A DNA stretch of 64,000 nt, taken from the NCBI GenBank assembly GCA_965235115.1, contig OZ249439.1, positions 22,258,001-22,322,000 on the forward strand, read 5' to 3'. The translations under genes were made by a program, and so were the position numbers. This document shows, piece after piece, positions 11,561 through 26,700 of this stretch; the first letter of the stretch is position 1; every line of letters begins with the position of its first letter. A model generated the notes under the pieces. That model was given only the letters and a program-made list of their open reading frames with translations. It made no database searches and had not been told where the DNA came from. The DNA comes from Laetmonice hystrix (taxonomy: Eukaryota).

Positions 11561-14500
11561 GAAAATTGGGGGCCATTTTAGAGCAGCAGCTGGAGAGGAA
11601 GGGAAAAACGAAACATGCCAAGCATCCGGAACTTTCGAACCGCGTTATTGTACAGTGTTCATGGCTATGGTTCCAGTAACCGTGCCATTATAATACGTTG
11701 ACTCTAAGAAGACCGATGACTGAAATAACTACAAAGGCTTTCTTCACGGGACAGAATATACTTTTTCAAAAAGTGTAATAACATTTTTTAAAGTCAAAAG
11801 TACTCAAAAACAAAAAAAATCCCCCCCTTACTCTCCAAGTTATTCTCCGACTGCTTGGCACCAAACACTAACGTCAGCTCTGGCTGTCAGTCAGGTGGAT
11901 AGGCTGCCTTCATACCGTAATGTAATATGCTTATCTCCGTGTGGTCACAAAGAGCTACAAACGTGACCTTTCAGTGATCTACTAGTCACCACCAGGACAT
12001 GTTTTATTCAGATATCAAAGGCTCCTTGGTTTGGTTAGCAATGAGATTATCACTCGTTTAAACTGTTAGGATTATTCATTATTTTATTTTTTAAATTGGA
12101 ATGTGTCTGGGAGGGAAACATAGGTTGATGGGCTTATAATGAAATTGGCACCACAGTTCGGTGAATGAGACAGGAAATACATCTAATATTTTGTTTGTTA
12201 TGAATGACACATGTTTACTTGCTTACTATTAGATCATTTTCTGGCACATAAATTTCTCACCATAAGACACCTGGCTATATAATTCTCCAGCTATGAGAGC
12301 AGTAGGTTGTCCAATGTATTTCTTTCCCTGCGAGCAACGTATACAACGGATCTTTTTTTCAGATATTTCGTAGCGATTCTGAATGTGCCAAACCCAAGGT
12401 CCGGAATCCCGAGTTGTAATTCCACAGAATTCTCTGCACACAGTCGCCGTACTGTAGTCCAGAATTGTTCTTTGTTTCCACCGACATGTCATCCATTGAG
12501 AGATCGGATCTTTGTGAGAGGTCAGCAATGGAGGTGCCCATGTAATCGGTCACATATGAATGCTGGCAGCTAGGCTTACTATGCTCGAAGGTGTGACTGA
12601 TAGCAGTGGGCACAAATTGCAGTTTTATGGAGACGCCAAACTTTCAACGCCATTTACAATAAAAAGGTGTGGGTGTAGACCTCCTTCCTGACGTGTAGAC
12701 TACCCTGGACATAGGCGACTCCACTGTAATGGTTTGAGTTGTGGTCGATTTGACGACCGGGCAAGTGTTGGCCGCGCAGTCTGATATTACTTTACGTTTG
12801 GTAGAGTTGGAATTACAAACAGGATCCTCATGTAGAGGTGGTGCGTGTCAAGGTTAATAACCTCAAGGCCTGGCTGGGAAGATTTTATATGGCCCAGGTC
12901 ACCATCGGGTAACACGTGGGATAAGGGATATATTGGCACGCGTACAGTTCAGGATATTTGCAGGGATGTGATTTGTGTGAGTTCTTGAGGAAAAAGAGGC
13001 CGAGCTGAGGACCTCCCTGGAGTGGATGGTTCCGATTATAGCGTGGAATTTGGCAGTGGATGGGTTAGAATTGGCAGAACGCATTGCAATAAAAGTCGGA
13101 GCTTTGGCCCATTTACTAAAGTCCACATGATCAGACTCATGTGGATTTGTGCGGTAATTATGGAGGAGGGAGGGGAGAGTGATGAATTCAGATGGTACCA
13201 GTCCCTTACCATTAGATGTCTGCAAGGTAACCGTTCTCATGTCTTCCCAGCTCAACTAGCTTTCAGTTGTCCCACAGGTTGCGTTACTACGGAGCGGTCG
13301 GAATCTCAGTGTTAGTTTACCTCTCGTTACTTTTTTTTACATGCCCCAGGTACAAGTGTCATCAAGTGCAGCAGATCTCGCCTGTGATCCAATAATTACC
13401 AGATAGCCTGTAGTAGACCTTACTCATCGATTGTACAATCAGTACTCGGCGCCGGAGGTGCTCAGAGATTACACTTAGAGTCTTTCTAAAGATGTGTAGA
13501 AAGTTTAAATATTTAAATATTTCATGGATCTTGAATGATTCTTGATAGAGCAGAACGCCAGTCAGAGTAGATGTGTAGTAGGGGGGGGGGGGGGGGGGGG
13601 TTGGCACGTACAGTGCAGTTTAAAGGAAGATGAGTGTTTTTAAGTGTCGTAATGAAAAGTCTGATGTGTATTTTCCCCGTCTGTTATTCATTCATCAGGA
13701 TAATGTATGTATTTTCAAATCACCTAAACCAGACAGGAGGGAGGCAACCCAAAAATAAGGAGTGAGCAGATAATATTAGGCTTTGTGCAGACAAGGCCAG
13801 AATAACTACCGAAAACATGCAAGGTAGTTTTGATGCCAAGAAGAAAACAATTGCAGTGTTATGAAGAATATGCCGCGGGGCCAGTACGGTATCATTAGGT
13901 ACATCTGTTTGAGAGTGAAATTTGATCCAGACGACAAAATGTGATTATGACCATCAATGTCAGTTGAAGTACCCACATTAAATCATGTGATTTAGCTGTA
14001 GTTAATCATGGGATCTGACGGAACCGCTCCGAGGTAGCTAGGCTCAGACTCACAGGCCAATTAGACACTGAGGAGGGGAGGGGGCGGAGGCAGGCGTTTA
14101 GTATCAGCCATTGAGCTATCTCAATACACGTTTGCCTGAACGTGATTAAGGTTGCCATGACAGTTTGTACAGTAAAGGTTGAAGAAGCGCATCTCATGTG
14201 ATCGTGCAGCTGGCAGGGTCAAAACCTTGCACCTGAAGAAAGAAATCTTTGCATTGATGTAAACTTTGAAATGCTGGAAACATTACAGGTGAGCTGGTCG
14301 GGGTCAGGTGCATTCATGTGCAAGTGTACCGCCCCCTGTTACAGTTACCGTTACACTAACCCTCAGTGATCCACCTTAACGTAATCAGTGAAGCAGCCTT
14401 GATTTATGGCCTTGCTACATGACTGACCGTGACCAACACTACGGGGTATAAATCTATCATGTCGACAGCCTGCCTGGCCGCGGTATGGCAGCCATTGCCG

Positions 14501-16484
14501 GGCAGCGATGATGCAGGCTATTTGCAGGTATTCCACAGTTATCTGATTCGCTACAGGGAAAGTGTGCATGGAAATAAACTTTGATATATATGACAGCTTT
14601 AAAATGCCAGGTATCTGATCGAAGTGGTACGCCGTGGGATCCGAATGTTTGAAGTGTTTTGTCTGATGCGAGTCAGCTCCCAGTACCTATGGTCACCTTT
14701 ACAGGGCCCGGGGGGGGGGGAGGGGGTTAGAAGGTGTAGGGGGTGAAGGGGAGCACCTGTTCGCCCCTGTATGTCATACACCTAGACGTAAGCACCCTCT
14801 GAAGGGCACACAGGTGGGGGTTGGTAGTTTACAGCAGGGTCTCCGGGAAAGTGTACTAAATGTACAGTCACAACTCATACTGAATTCGGGCGTGCGATTC
14901 CCGCTGGACTGAGCCGTTCTTGCTGTACCTCATTCCAGCTCTCAATAATGTGTATCCAAGGTGTCCCTTTAAGTATAGCATGGTGTGGTCCTGACAAGGC
15001 CGCTAGGTTAGAACGGTAAATGACAGACGGAAAAGGCAGGTGGGCAGGGGCTGACGTAACCTGTCAGGTCTGAAAGATGGAGGAGCCGCCAACCACAGCA
15101 GCAACTACAGCAGCAACAACATCTCAAAGACTCGAAGGTGTATGCTAGCAAGTCCAGGTCCACTGAAAGAGACGCGAGTTGAAGAGATGTTGGTTGGCTA
15201 CACTCAATACATTTCAATCAGGAGAGGGACGGGTCGAAATTTGAATGCCCTTAACATACATGTACTTATGAACATAACAGATTACCCGTTTGCAGGTGTT
15301 GCTTTTAGTGGCATTTAGTGGGGTGTTAGTCGGCTTGCGTGGTGAACCGGAGGGTGTAAAGATAAGCTGACTTGGCTGTTTGGGAGTGATCATGATAGAT
15401 AAAAGTAGAGCACTGCCAGAGGGGGTGGGTTCCCTTCAACCTAACCACTGCTCACAGTCCCTCTGACTTAGGTCCTTCCCCTCCCCCTACTATAGGTCAC
15501 CTCGCCCAGGTGTCTGCACAGTTCCTTTCCATTGCTGGAGAAGTGCACAGCGCCATTGGTTCTCCGACTCCATAGGAAAACAGATGAACAGGCTTTGCCG
15601 TCTTTCACCATCCTGGAGATTTCCAGTCGTTATCAAAAATAAAGGGTACCGGGTAATTATTTATTACGAAGAACCACGTAAAAGTGATGCCTCAGATGAT
15701 ATCATTGATATTATTATTATTAAAAATCGAAAGACTTCTTTCTCAGGAAGATCATACAGGTCCTTCAACTCTAAGACGAGACACAGAATTCCACTGTTTT
15801 TACTCTTGAGCTGGAGGCATCCTTTAATAATGCCAGAGAAGACAGTCATCTTGGTTTCGCCACGACGATTTAAAGTGCACAGATTATTGTCTCGTTCCAA
15901 CATGTTTTTACTAAACCTGAGATAATTAATGCCTAGTGTAATAATTACCCACTTCTTTAAGATTTCCCTTCCATGACATTTGTGTGTTGGTGGTACTGAA
16001 GAAGAAGTGGCATCCAGAAGTGAGATGGAAGAGTTTGCTTGCGGTTACATTCCTCATCTTCCACCATTCTGGCTCGAACAGTTTCCGGAGGATAAAAAGA
16101 GAACTGGGTTGATGGAGCGGTAAAGGCCGCATCAATCCATGGGAGATAGCCGAGGGGGGCCAGGGGGCGGGGACCGCAGGGGGGGGGGGGTCGGTGGAAA
16201 ATCTGGGCGGGAACCGCTGGGATAACACGTGGGAGACCAAGTTCAGTGACCAAGATATAAAGTGTAGCGAGATACCGGTAGTATTTCGGGGAGAGATTTC
16301 CGTAAGAGGTCTATTGTTAACATGTAGCAGTCAATGCTAGTGCTTCCAACTACTTTCCTTGGTGAAATTTGGGGTCAGATTCATGGGCTTAAGTAAAAAC
16401 AATTTAAGGCGCGAATCAGTAAAACTTGTAGAGAATGCAATCGAGGTTAAAGAAAGTGTTGCAACCCAGATGGAATGCTTACAT

Positions 16485-17410
16485 GGTTTGAAAGGCGTTC
16501 CCCAGCAATCTATGCCAGGGCAGCGTGTGAGGTTTGAAGGCGTTCCCTAGCAATCTATGCCGGGGCAGCATGTGAGGTTTGAAGGTGTTCCCTAGCAATC
16601 TATGCCGGGCAGCGTGTGAGGTTTGAAGGTGTTCCCTAGAAATCTATACCAGGGCAGCGTGTGAGGTTTGAAGATGTTCCCTAGCAATCTATGCCAGGGC
16701 AGTGTGTGAGGTTTGAAGGTGTTCCCTAGCAATCTATACCAGGGCAGCGTGTGAGGTTTGAACGTGTTCCCTAGCAATCTATACCAGGGCAGCGTGTGAG
16801 GTTTGAACGTGTTCCCTAGCAATCTAAGCCAGGGCAGCGTGTGAGGTTTGAAGGTGTTCCCTAGCAATCTATGCCAGGGCAGGGTGTGAGGTTTGAAGGT
16901 GTTCCCTAGCAATCTATGCCAGGGCAGGGTGTGAGGTTTGAAGGTGTTCCCTAGCAATCTATGCCAGGGCAGCGTGTGAGGTTTGAACGTGTTCCCTAGC
17001 AATCTATACCAGGGCAGTGTGTGAGGTTTGAAGGTGTTCCCTAGCAATCTATGCCAGGGCAGGGTGTGAGGTTTGAACGTGTTCCCTAGCAATCTATACC
17101 AGGGCAGCGTGTGAGGTTTGAAGGTGTTCCCTAGCAATCTATGCCAGGGCAGCGTGTGAGGTTTGAACGTGTTCCCTAGCAATCTATGCCAGGGCAGGGT
17201 GTGAGGTTTGAAGGTGTTCCCTAGCAATCTATGCCAGGGCAGCGTGTGAGGTTTGAAGGTGTTCCCTAGCAATCTATACCAGGGCAGCGTGTGAGGTTTG
17301 AAGGTGTTCCCTAGCAATCTATGCCAGGGCAGCGTGTGAGGTTTGAAGGTGTTCCCTAGCAATCTATGCCAGGGCAGGGTGTGAGGTTTGAAGGTGTTCC
17401 CTAGCAATCT
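16485..17410. repeat. Minisatellite, 45-bp unit, ~20 copies
   Basis: Unit gtgtgaggtttgaaggtgttccctagcaatctatgccagggcagc; translates as a 15-aa period in the ORF track. Confidence 0.97.
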
Positions 17411-19978
17411 GAGGGCGGGCCGGAGAGTTTTTTTCACGCACATGTGGGGGGGGGGGGGGTGATGTTGACAGGATTGCTGGCAGCAATTGCTATGGTGTAT
17501 GTGTGTGAGGTTTAAAAGTAATTTGTAGGTACTCTCCTCTCACAGAGAAGTGACTTGGCCTGTATGTGGTCGGAGACCCGGAGTGAAACCTCCCTTGATC
17601 GGGCCCGGGCCTCCTACTAACGTTGGCCCGTATGAAATTGCGTCAAAATGGGTCTATTTAGTTTACAGATATTTATCTCAATGGTTCGTTGTAATGGAGG
17701 TAACCTTTCTGGACATTGTGTTATTGAGATAAGGTGCGACGCCTTAAAGATCTGAGAAAGGAGACAACAAAGGAAACAATGGAGGATAGGGGTGTCCAGG
17801 TTGGCGTCCATGGGTACCGTCAAGGGAGCCTGTCGTCTTCAGCCAACTAGCCCACCCCATTGCCTGCCAAATTCCCACGGTAATTCGGGGGATAAACGTG
17901 AATACTCAGCACCTGATGGCCTTTCTTACCCCCGTCTTCCCCTTCCGTGATAATATACTCGGTGATTGCCAGCGATAGGATAGAAATTATTAAACGAAAG
18001 GCAGGTTCTTTATTCAAGAATGGGTGACCTTCCCAATTTATGTGTGCACAACTCTGATATTAATTTTCTGATATTATCTAATAATAGAAACCCTGTTTTT
18101 ATGGTTCCAGGTACGTACCCCATACCTTGCACTGCTATCAATATTGACCTGATTAAGGTAAGCCGAGTTTTGAGTAAATCCGCGGTGAAGTCGTCGACGT
18201 GTGAATTATTCATACCGCCAGGTGGTGACCCTGACCCTGCTGGGTCCCGGGTCAGTACGGCCCCCACTCACCAGCACCAGGGCCAAGACCACTTCAGTCT
18301 GGTACCACGGCTCGTATTGGTTTATAATAGTGCCGAAATATACGGGGTTTCCAAATTCTGAGAAGTTTTGTTTTAGAAGATGCAGAAAAAATTACTAGGT
18401 ACTTGGGTGAATTTTTCTTTCAAAGCAGAGCAACAAATCATGGTAAAGTATACAGAATGTGACTTTTGAGGACGGCGGTCATAGCCATCGAGTAAGAATC
18501 TGCGTGTTTTAATTTGATGATGCCCGTGAGATGTTTCTCACCATATTGAATATTGCGAGAGGATGGAGCGATGTAAACAAAGATTACCTCCAGAACTTGG
18601 TGATGGGTTATCTAAAGGCGCACATTTGTCATGGCACGAGGCTAATCATGTATGCTGATGAAACCATAAAAACACAATGTTGTGGTGCAGGGGTTGTGAT
18701 GACTAATAATAGGAAATGACGAAAGAGATGAGTAGGTTGTTTAGGGACTAATCCCCAAACGCCACTTGGCTGGCATTTATCACCGACCTTGACATGGGTA
18801 AGTGTCAGAGGTCAGCGAGTGACCCCGACTTGACAAAAGATGAATGAAGAGGATAAGTTGCAGCTAACAACCTCAGCATGCGGCAATGACAACCGCGTCC
18901 TCACCATGGTAACAAGGCGGAGACTCAGCAGGGCCGCCCCCTCTCTCACTCGGGAGGGCCAGTCAAGGAGGAGGGGTGGGCTGGGGGGGGGGGGGAGCTA
19001 CCCCCCTGGATGTCGACCAGCAATCCCGGCAGAGGGCGCTGAGGTCATCGTGGGGAGGGGTTGAGGTTTGAGTCCAGCTGACGTCCGCCCACAAGAGTCG
19101 AGCGTTAATATGAGCCACGGTTAGCATGTGTTGAAGTTCCTGCAAAGTTCTGTAACATACTACTTACGTTTTCTACGTAATTCTGATATCTAATGTCTGA
19201 AATATGCGTTTTCAATATTATAGTCTCTATAGATAAATAGACCAGGGCATTTTGATATAGGAGGTTTATAATCTCAGAGTGGCCGAGTTAAGTTCCTGGT
19301 GTAAGACATTTTCAAACTGGGTCTGGTTTTGCCTTGGGCTCAAAGATTGAGGTGGAACAAGGCGAAGTTTGCCCCGAGGGCTTCTGGTGATTCACCTGCC
19401 CAAAACCGTTACGTCCAGGTGTGAAAAAGGTCGTACGTACTATGGTTAGTAGACTTGGTTAGTACAGCACAATATGGACAAAAAACAAAGAAATATATCT
19501 TTTCTTTCACGAAAGGAATAAATCCTGTGACTGGAATATATTTTATTAAATTAATGACCCTATTGTTATAGAGAAATGCACAAGAGATACTGTTTTCGTT
19601 GCTGTATCAAAGCTATGCTTCAAGGGTTGTAATGGTAGAAATCACAGTTACATGACTAATAGGTTTCGTATCATTGGTTGTTGTGGATCAGAAATAGTCG
19701 GTCAGCCTTGGAAACATGTGAAGCATGTGTTCACGGACATTGACTGGCACAACTCATTGTCGGAGAGCCACGGCTTCCTGACAAATGGGGTCCAGTAATT
19801 GTTTGAAGGCGGCCGGCTGGGCTGACCTAGATTTGGGATCGGTGGGAGTCGTTGGTAGTCGTCGGACGTCGGTTAGAAGTGGGTCTAGGTGGACGTACGG
19901 ATTCCCACCCAGCCGTCAGTGGGGCCCGATGTTAGCCGTGATGGTGGTCGTCCATCACTTGATCAACCTCCATGAAAT

Positions 19979-20100
19979 GGCCTGCCACTGAGGCGAGGCC
20001 TGCCACTGAGGCGAGGCCTGCCACTGAGGCGAGGCCTGCCACTGAGGCGAGGCCTGCCACTGAGGCGAGGCCTGCCACTGAGGCGAGGCCCGCCACTGAG
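19979..20100. repeat. Minisatellite, 18-bp unit, ~7 copies
   Basis: Unit cctgccactgaggcgagg; directly abuts the 20-bp array. Confidence 0.95.
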
Positions 20101-20714
20101 CCGGTGACGGTATGACAGGCCCGGTGACGGTATGCCAGGCCAGGTGACGGTACGACAGGCCCGGTGACGGTACGACAGGCCCGGTGACGGTACGACAGGC
20201 CCGGTGACGGTACGACAGGCCCGGTGACGGTACGACAGGCCCGGTGACGGTACGACAGGCCCGGTGACGGTACGGCAGGCCCGGTGACGGTATGACAGGC
20301 CAGGTGACGGTATGACAGGCCCGGTGACGGTATGACAGGCGTGACGGTACGACAGACCCGGTGACGGCATGACAGGCCCGGTGACGGTATGACAGGCCCG
20401 GTGACGGTATGACAGGACCGGTGACGGTATGACTGGCCCGGTGACGGTACGACAGACCCGGTGATGGTATGGCAGGCGTGACGGTATGACAGGCCCGGTG
20501 ACGGTATGACAGGCCAGGTGACGGTATGGCAGGCCCGGTGACGGTATGACAGGCCCAGTGACGGTATGACAGGCCCAGTGACGGTATGACAGGCCCGGTG
20601 ACGGTATGACAGGCCAGGTGACGGTATGGCAGGCCCGGTGACGGTATGACAGGCCCAGTGACGGTATGACAGGCCAGGTGACGGTATGACAGGCCCGGTG
20701 ACGGTATGACAGGC
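20101..20714. repeat. Minisatellite, 20-bp unit, ~31 copies
   Basis: Unit ccggtgacggtatgacaggc with point variants (tac/tat, cca/ccc) and two shortened units. Confidence 0.97.
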
Positions 20715-23700
20715 TGGGAGTAAGACCACGGCCGGGCGCCTGAGACTCTGGCAGGTAGGCGACAGTATATGACAAGATATTGATGGTATTATGGTAGGCT
20801 CGTGGCACCGAGAAGATTACACTGGCGGGCTAGTGATGTAACCAACATGATGCGGATAATTTATGACACTGGCAGCCAAATTTACGAGGATTAGTGAATG
20901 TGTGTTATTGAAGGGATGGATTATAAGGTGATCAAGAAAAAGATATGTTTAGGTTGGTGGGCTGTTGCTGTTTTGCCGTTGTCATGTTGGGCATGTTAGA
21001 ATTCACAGCCGAGATTTAAGTTTTCATAGCAGTGGTGTGCACTAGTCCGTGACCGTTTTAATGTTACTAATAGCCTGCATAATCGATATACCCAGTGAGA
21101 TGCATACAGAAAAAATCATCAGTCAAGGGTATTCTGAAGTCTGAAATGAGATTCCCTTTTCCCACCCTCAACATTTGTGGTGAGATGTCAAGGATTCGAG
21201 AACTGTGAAACACAGCCCGACACTGATATATGTGAGATTGTATGATCAACAGTGGGGGACCACTTTCCAGATGTCAGGAGGCGAGACAAATTAGGGTGGA
21301 TTGATTGTGGCCATGTGCTAGCGTGTGGAACCGGGCATTGTATGGCAAGGAGGAGATGGGGGGGGGGGGGGGGGGTCAATGTCAGGTTTACGGTTAGGGT
21401 CCACTGTCAGTGGATGGCGGTGAGGAGAGGGCATTGTGTAAAATGTGGATCATGGTGTATGGGGACTTCACTCGTATAAATAGAGATATAATGATATCAT
21501 ACCTATTTATATAATCATGAAACCTTCACTATATCTTTGTCAATATAATAATCAGATAGAACTAATATATGAGTTAGGAGAACTTAAGAATATTAGTGTT
21601 AGCATTAAACCGTTCCTGGATGTCCCGTACAGTATTTGAATGTCAGGGTGGGGTCAAGTAGAAGACCGTTGTCTGTGTTCATGGCCTGCGTGAGGAGTGA
21701 CCTGACGAGGGGTGACGGTGGAGATCAAATAATAACGGTTAGAACAGGCAGCCAGACACCTTGTCCCATACTGACGACTGAGAGGCACGTTTGGCTTGTA
21801 ACGACTACTCGAGGATGTCCGCTGCCTGGTTACACCACATTATCTAACACCTACATGACTTCCTTGTATTTGTCTTCCTCGTACACCGTGGGTGTGCGGC
21901 GGTGATGGGAGTGGGACGACAGAATCCCGACGCTGTGGTATATTCTATGTTCGTCGTGTGGCCGTCAGTGCGGGGCTGGTGAAGATGAATCCGGTGCGAG
22001 TGGTCTTTGGACAATCTATCGGCAACATAAACCACATACCGGTATAGTTTTATGAAATTTTTATGAGCCTGACAAATGACAGATTGATATGTAAAGGAAG
22101 AAGGAAGGAAAAAAAGAAAGCCTCAGACATACGGCTTGGTCAGTAATCCATAATAGTATCGACCGCCATAACACAGAGCGGGACTGAGGCATGCAGGTGG
22201 TCAGGGACTGAAAATTTAATGTTTGGGTTTCACCCGCTGTGGTACGACGACATTCAGCTCGTCATCATGACTGAGATTTAGTGGGTTGGATGTAACAGTA
22301 GTAAATATATAGTTTGAGAAGACAAGATTATGCAAACATTAGGTTCTCAAAAACACTTGTGTTGTTGATTGAAGGAAACAAAAGAAGAGACATGATAGGT
22401 TATAGCGTTTCTTGACCCAGTTATAGCGGAAAGCAAGAGGTGCTCTGTGATTCTTACCAGATGCATGAACGCATTGGGCGTCAATTTGATAGCGAGATAC
22501 CAGGCCAGATGCTGATCGCGCACTTTTTGTCTTGTATTGGCATTTAGTGAGATTGTGAAGAGAGCAGTTATTTCCACTTGGTGGCCGGGTGGTATTGATC
22601 GCTGCGTACAGGAGAACACGACACTGGGCCCTGATTTAGAACTTCCGGAGGTCCGGGAGGTCAAGGATTACTATTCCGATGTTTCCCCCCGGCAGTATTG
22701 CCATTGTTCGGTGAGGTCCAGGATGATCTAAAACAGGATACATCATCAGTATTCTAGGATCAGTGTTCTTACTGATGAAACAGCGCAAGATGACGGAGGT
22801 AACTGGAAAGAACAATGGGAAAGCGATTTGAGGATTTAATTTATTTTTGTCAACTCCTCGTTTGGTTCTCTTGTTATTGGCCATTAGTGTGAAAGGTCTT
22901 AGGTCAATGGGAGAAGCACGAAGAAGAGAAATTTGCTTCAGTAATTGCCCGATTTAAAAAAAAGGGATTTCCGCAAGGAACTGTGACTTTTGCACTTGCT
23001 TCTTTGGATGACGAGAGCATTGCCCATTGTCATTAGTGATGAGAGCATTGCCCATTGTTATGGGTAATGGAAGTATTGCCCATAATAAGTCCCTTGTGTT
23101 TATGTCATCTAATGTAGAGAAGGGGAGATGAGAGAGAGAGGAGGAGGAGAGAGAGACGAATATATATGATAGAATCAGAATACAACCAGATTCCGGGAGC
23201 CCCCCCCCCCCCCCCCCACTGTAAAAGTGCGGGCCTGGTGTCGGGAGAACACAACCGTGACAGGCACGTGGCCCTGACGGTTCCGGTTAGACGACAAACA
23301 ACCACACTTTGAGATATTTCAACGTCAATCAGTATCAGATTACAGACTCCCCAAGCTTACTGATCGCTGTGAGAGCTTCTGGCATTATGTCTCCTTCCCC
23401 AATGGTGTTTGGATCAGTCTGGCAGAACCGTCCACATCACCAGACCCTACCAGTCATGGGACACCATGATATGTAAAAACAGAGCGAGGTATCCCAACAT
23501 TGACGTTAGCGGGCAGGGACAGATGCAGTCAATGTCGACGTCGGCGGCCATCAGAACGTGGATCCCGGAGTCGAGTCGGGTGGTGGTGTTGATCTGAGGT
23601 GATGATACTGCTGCCATACGACGTACAAGTATGACGACTATGTCAGGTTTGGTAACTTCGGTGTACCTAAGACGCTGTTAGTACTGATGCCCTGTGTGAG

Positions 23701-26700
23701 TGTAAGACTATGAAAAGTTATAAGATAAAAAACCCACATGGATGCACGGTTAGCATGCGTATATATGTGTAGGTCAACGAGGTGGCCACGATCAGGGCAG
23801 TGACAAGACCACATGAGACAAATGTCAACATTTTAAGTACCATATTAGTCTCTGAGACAAATGTTTTAGTCTCTGAGACAAATGTTATTGGGTCTGAGAT
23901 CCTGAATGACAGGAGTGCAGGACAGATGTCAGTCGGAGGACCAATCTGATCAGGATTCGATGTGATAGTCTGAAGAGACGATTAGTATAGGTTAGAAGGG
24001 AATCCACCAAGCTGAGCCACTTGGACCAAATCTTCCAGGGTTTATTTGTGCGACAGTTTGTAGCTGGTTCCTCGCCATAATCCAGTTGTGGTAAGGCTTA
24101 TCGTGCATAGATTAACGACCATCGTACGATGTAACGATCTCAACAAGGAGTGAGTCCGACGATATTGGGTAATGCATATTGCATGGGGAGTGCTTGGGGA
24201 GCAGCAACATGACAAAATGACTCACGCAGTGGGGGTGGGGGAGGTGGAGGTGGGAGTGCCTAGTGGGGATAGAGTGGGGGGGGGGGGGGTTAAGTGAAGG
24301 TTGATGAGGGGCCAGTAGGGGGTATTTCCCTGCAGCACAACCCAATTTTCTTCCTCCTACCCTAGGAACACCCCTTCCCTCCGACCCCACTTTAAAATTA
24401 ATATTTTGTACCCATTTCCTGTAATTGCTTCATTTCTACATACTACATCTCTCATTGGCACTCACAAACAACCTGACCATCGGCGGCTGACATAGGTAGT
24501 ACTCCAGCTAAACCCATGAGGTCATGAGCACCGTCACCCCGCCCTCGTACCACACCCCGCCCGATCACAGAGGTAGCTAGTAACCCCCTCCCCCATCTTC
24601 TCTCCACAGTACCATACTACAGCAGCTGTCAGACTCAGGCCGCCAGTGGCTTTTTATCGCGATTCGAATGTTAAATACAACACGAGACTAATAGTGTGTT
24701 CCGAATAATTTCAAAGATGATTGAAGACGGTGGTGGGGATCGAAACTCATTAGCGTTCGGCTGCCGTTGTGTGGTCAGAGCCCGGGCCGCTGGTCCGACC
24801 TGTTGTTGGCGCAGTAAAAATACGTCATGGAAATGTTCACCGGATTAAGGGCGTCATGTGGGTTTTCTAAATTCCGGTAATTCGATGTGGGAGTTGCTGC
24901 ATCTCGTAGGTAAACTAAGTCCTTAACAATTATGGGTAGAATTTCTCTCTTTTTTTCACCGCTGTATCTATTTTGTGTGTGTAAACTTTAGAAAGCGTCG
25001 TGTAAGGACAAGTCATTCAATGTCGTCAATAGTTGACGTCACAGTGTGTGCCTACGTGATTTCTGGGAATAGAAATGATGATGAGGTGTTGTTACCAGTT
25101 TTGACGAGTTGATATTATTGATGGCCATCGCTTAGATCAGGCTAGTGAGCGGTAAATAACTGTACCACTAATTAACCTTTGGCCATTCAGAAGTTTTGTT
25201 GATTACTGGACCATGTTGGAAGAGGGAAAAATCTATTTACTGAACGAAATGTGATGGAGGAGTCATCTTCATGGTGAAGAATACGACCACAGATATTATC
25301 CTCAGACATGCTGTGCACAATCGATTATCGCCGGTTATCGGATGAAAAAGGCCAGCGCCATCTTTGTCAGGCCATTAGGTTAATTCTTATGTTAAACCTG
25401 CTGAACAGATGTTGTAATTCATGGGCAATTCAGTTGAGATTAAGACAAACTAACCATTTTCTGGCGAGGAAAAAGGTTTTGAAATATGAGAAGATTACAT
25501 GTGTAGAGTACGCGACATTAAGGTCCATCTCCATTAGTAACTCAAGCTTTCTCTTTCTTTGGCAGTATCTGTCCATGTAAGAATCGCGACAGATTCTTCA
25601 TGTCGATCAATAAACTGAAAAAAAAGAGAAACTGTTGTAAAACGGCGATTGATATGTTAATAGGAGAGCTATACAAGGATGTCAGGGATCTTTCTGATTT
25701 TATCGGAGCATAGATAAAATTATAAGGACATAGGCGTTCTTCTTTCAAACCTGGTTAATGATGGAGAACAAAAAAACTGATCCATGTTGGTAAATTTATG
25801 TGGTCCTTGAAAGTTAGTGGTGCTCTGACCGGTGAATGACCAGTGTTTGGTTTTGGAGAGGTTCACCCGTCCTTATTTAGTGTCACGCCACCTGGAGGCC
25901 TTGGTGAGAACCTCTGCCAGTTCCGCCATCCGTCCGTTCGTGTGTGACGTGTACAGCAGACGATATGCTCCGATCCATCAGGGCCGGGATGGGGGTGAAG
26001 GGGGGGGGGGGGAGGTTGTCTGGAGTGTCTAGAACTGGTGCCTCAATCGATACCTTAAGCACAGACTTCTCCTAGCTGGCGTTGTCTGACAATGCCAATG
26101 CATGAATAGACTTGCCTAGGATTTATTAAAGGGAGAACATTCATTCGGAATCGGAATAGAACTCGTGCGCAAAAACTCCATAGTCTTTGTAAAGGTCAAT
26201 GCTACCATTATCGAAGTGGGGCTAAGCTCCGACTTGTTCCTTAGTTGTTGCTTTGTTTCAGGGAATTACTATAAATCGGCATCTAAAGGCGTAGACTGAT
26301 CCTTTAAGTGTGGGTGACTGTGGCGTGATGGCAGAGACGGCAGAGAAATGCCGCCGGCCTGTAGCTCGTACAGTAGGTATCGTGTCGTCAGTGACGTGGT
26401 GGTTGTATTCAGTCAATTCTGTCTCGTTGTAGGGACGTCATTACGTCCACATGAATGCATCCACTGCTGTGTGAAGGGATATGGCACAATGTGGGGCTGA
26501 TTTACTCACTCAGAGCTCAACAGGCAGACAATGGCTGCGTGCAGCCACTTGGTTGTTTCTGATCGTCTCAATGGCCGTGTACATTGGCGGAGAAGGACAG
26601 AGCTTAAATGATGAAAGTAGATTATTCTGCAGTGGATTCAGCACCAAGAATGGGAGAGGAAAAGCGTGCGAGTATATATTTTTGGCATCTGAGTTTAGGT

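Noticed and set aside
12229-12528. IRCIRCSQGKKYIGQ resembling a Penelope GIY-YIG endonuclease
   Set aside because: No upstream (G/V)IY motif, no downstream R…EH motif and no adjacent reverse-transcriptase remnant; most likely chance.
14702-14769. TA-flanked CAGGG…CCCTG mini-element
   Set aside because: Only a 5-bp terminal match around a G-run; not supportable as a feature on its own.
16592-17443. 283-aa ORF with a 15-aa period
   Set aside because: A 45-bp unit that lacks a stop in one frame; not protein-like.
19932-20808. 265-aa and 281-aa ORFs
   Set aside because: Translations of the 18-bp and 20-bp arrays.
24720-24830. B-box-like GTTTCGATCCC on the minus strand (tRNA or SINE head)
   Set aside because: No cloverleaf and no properly spaced A-box could be built.
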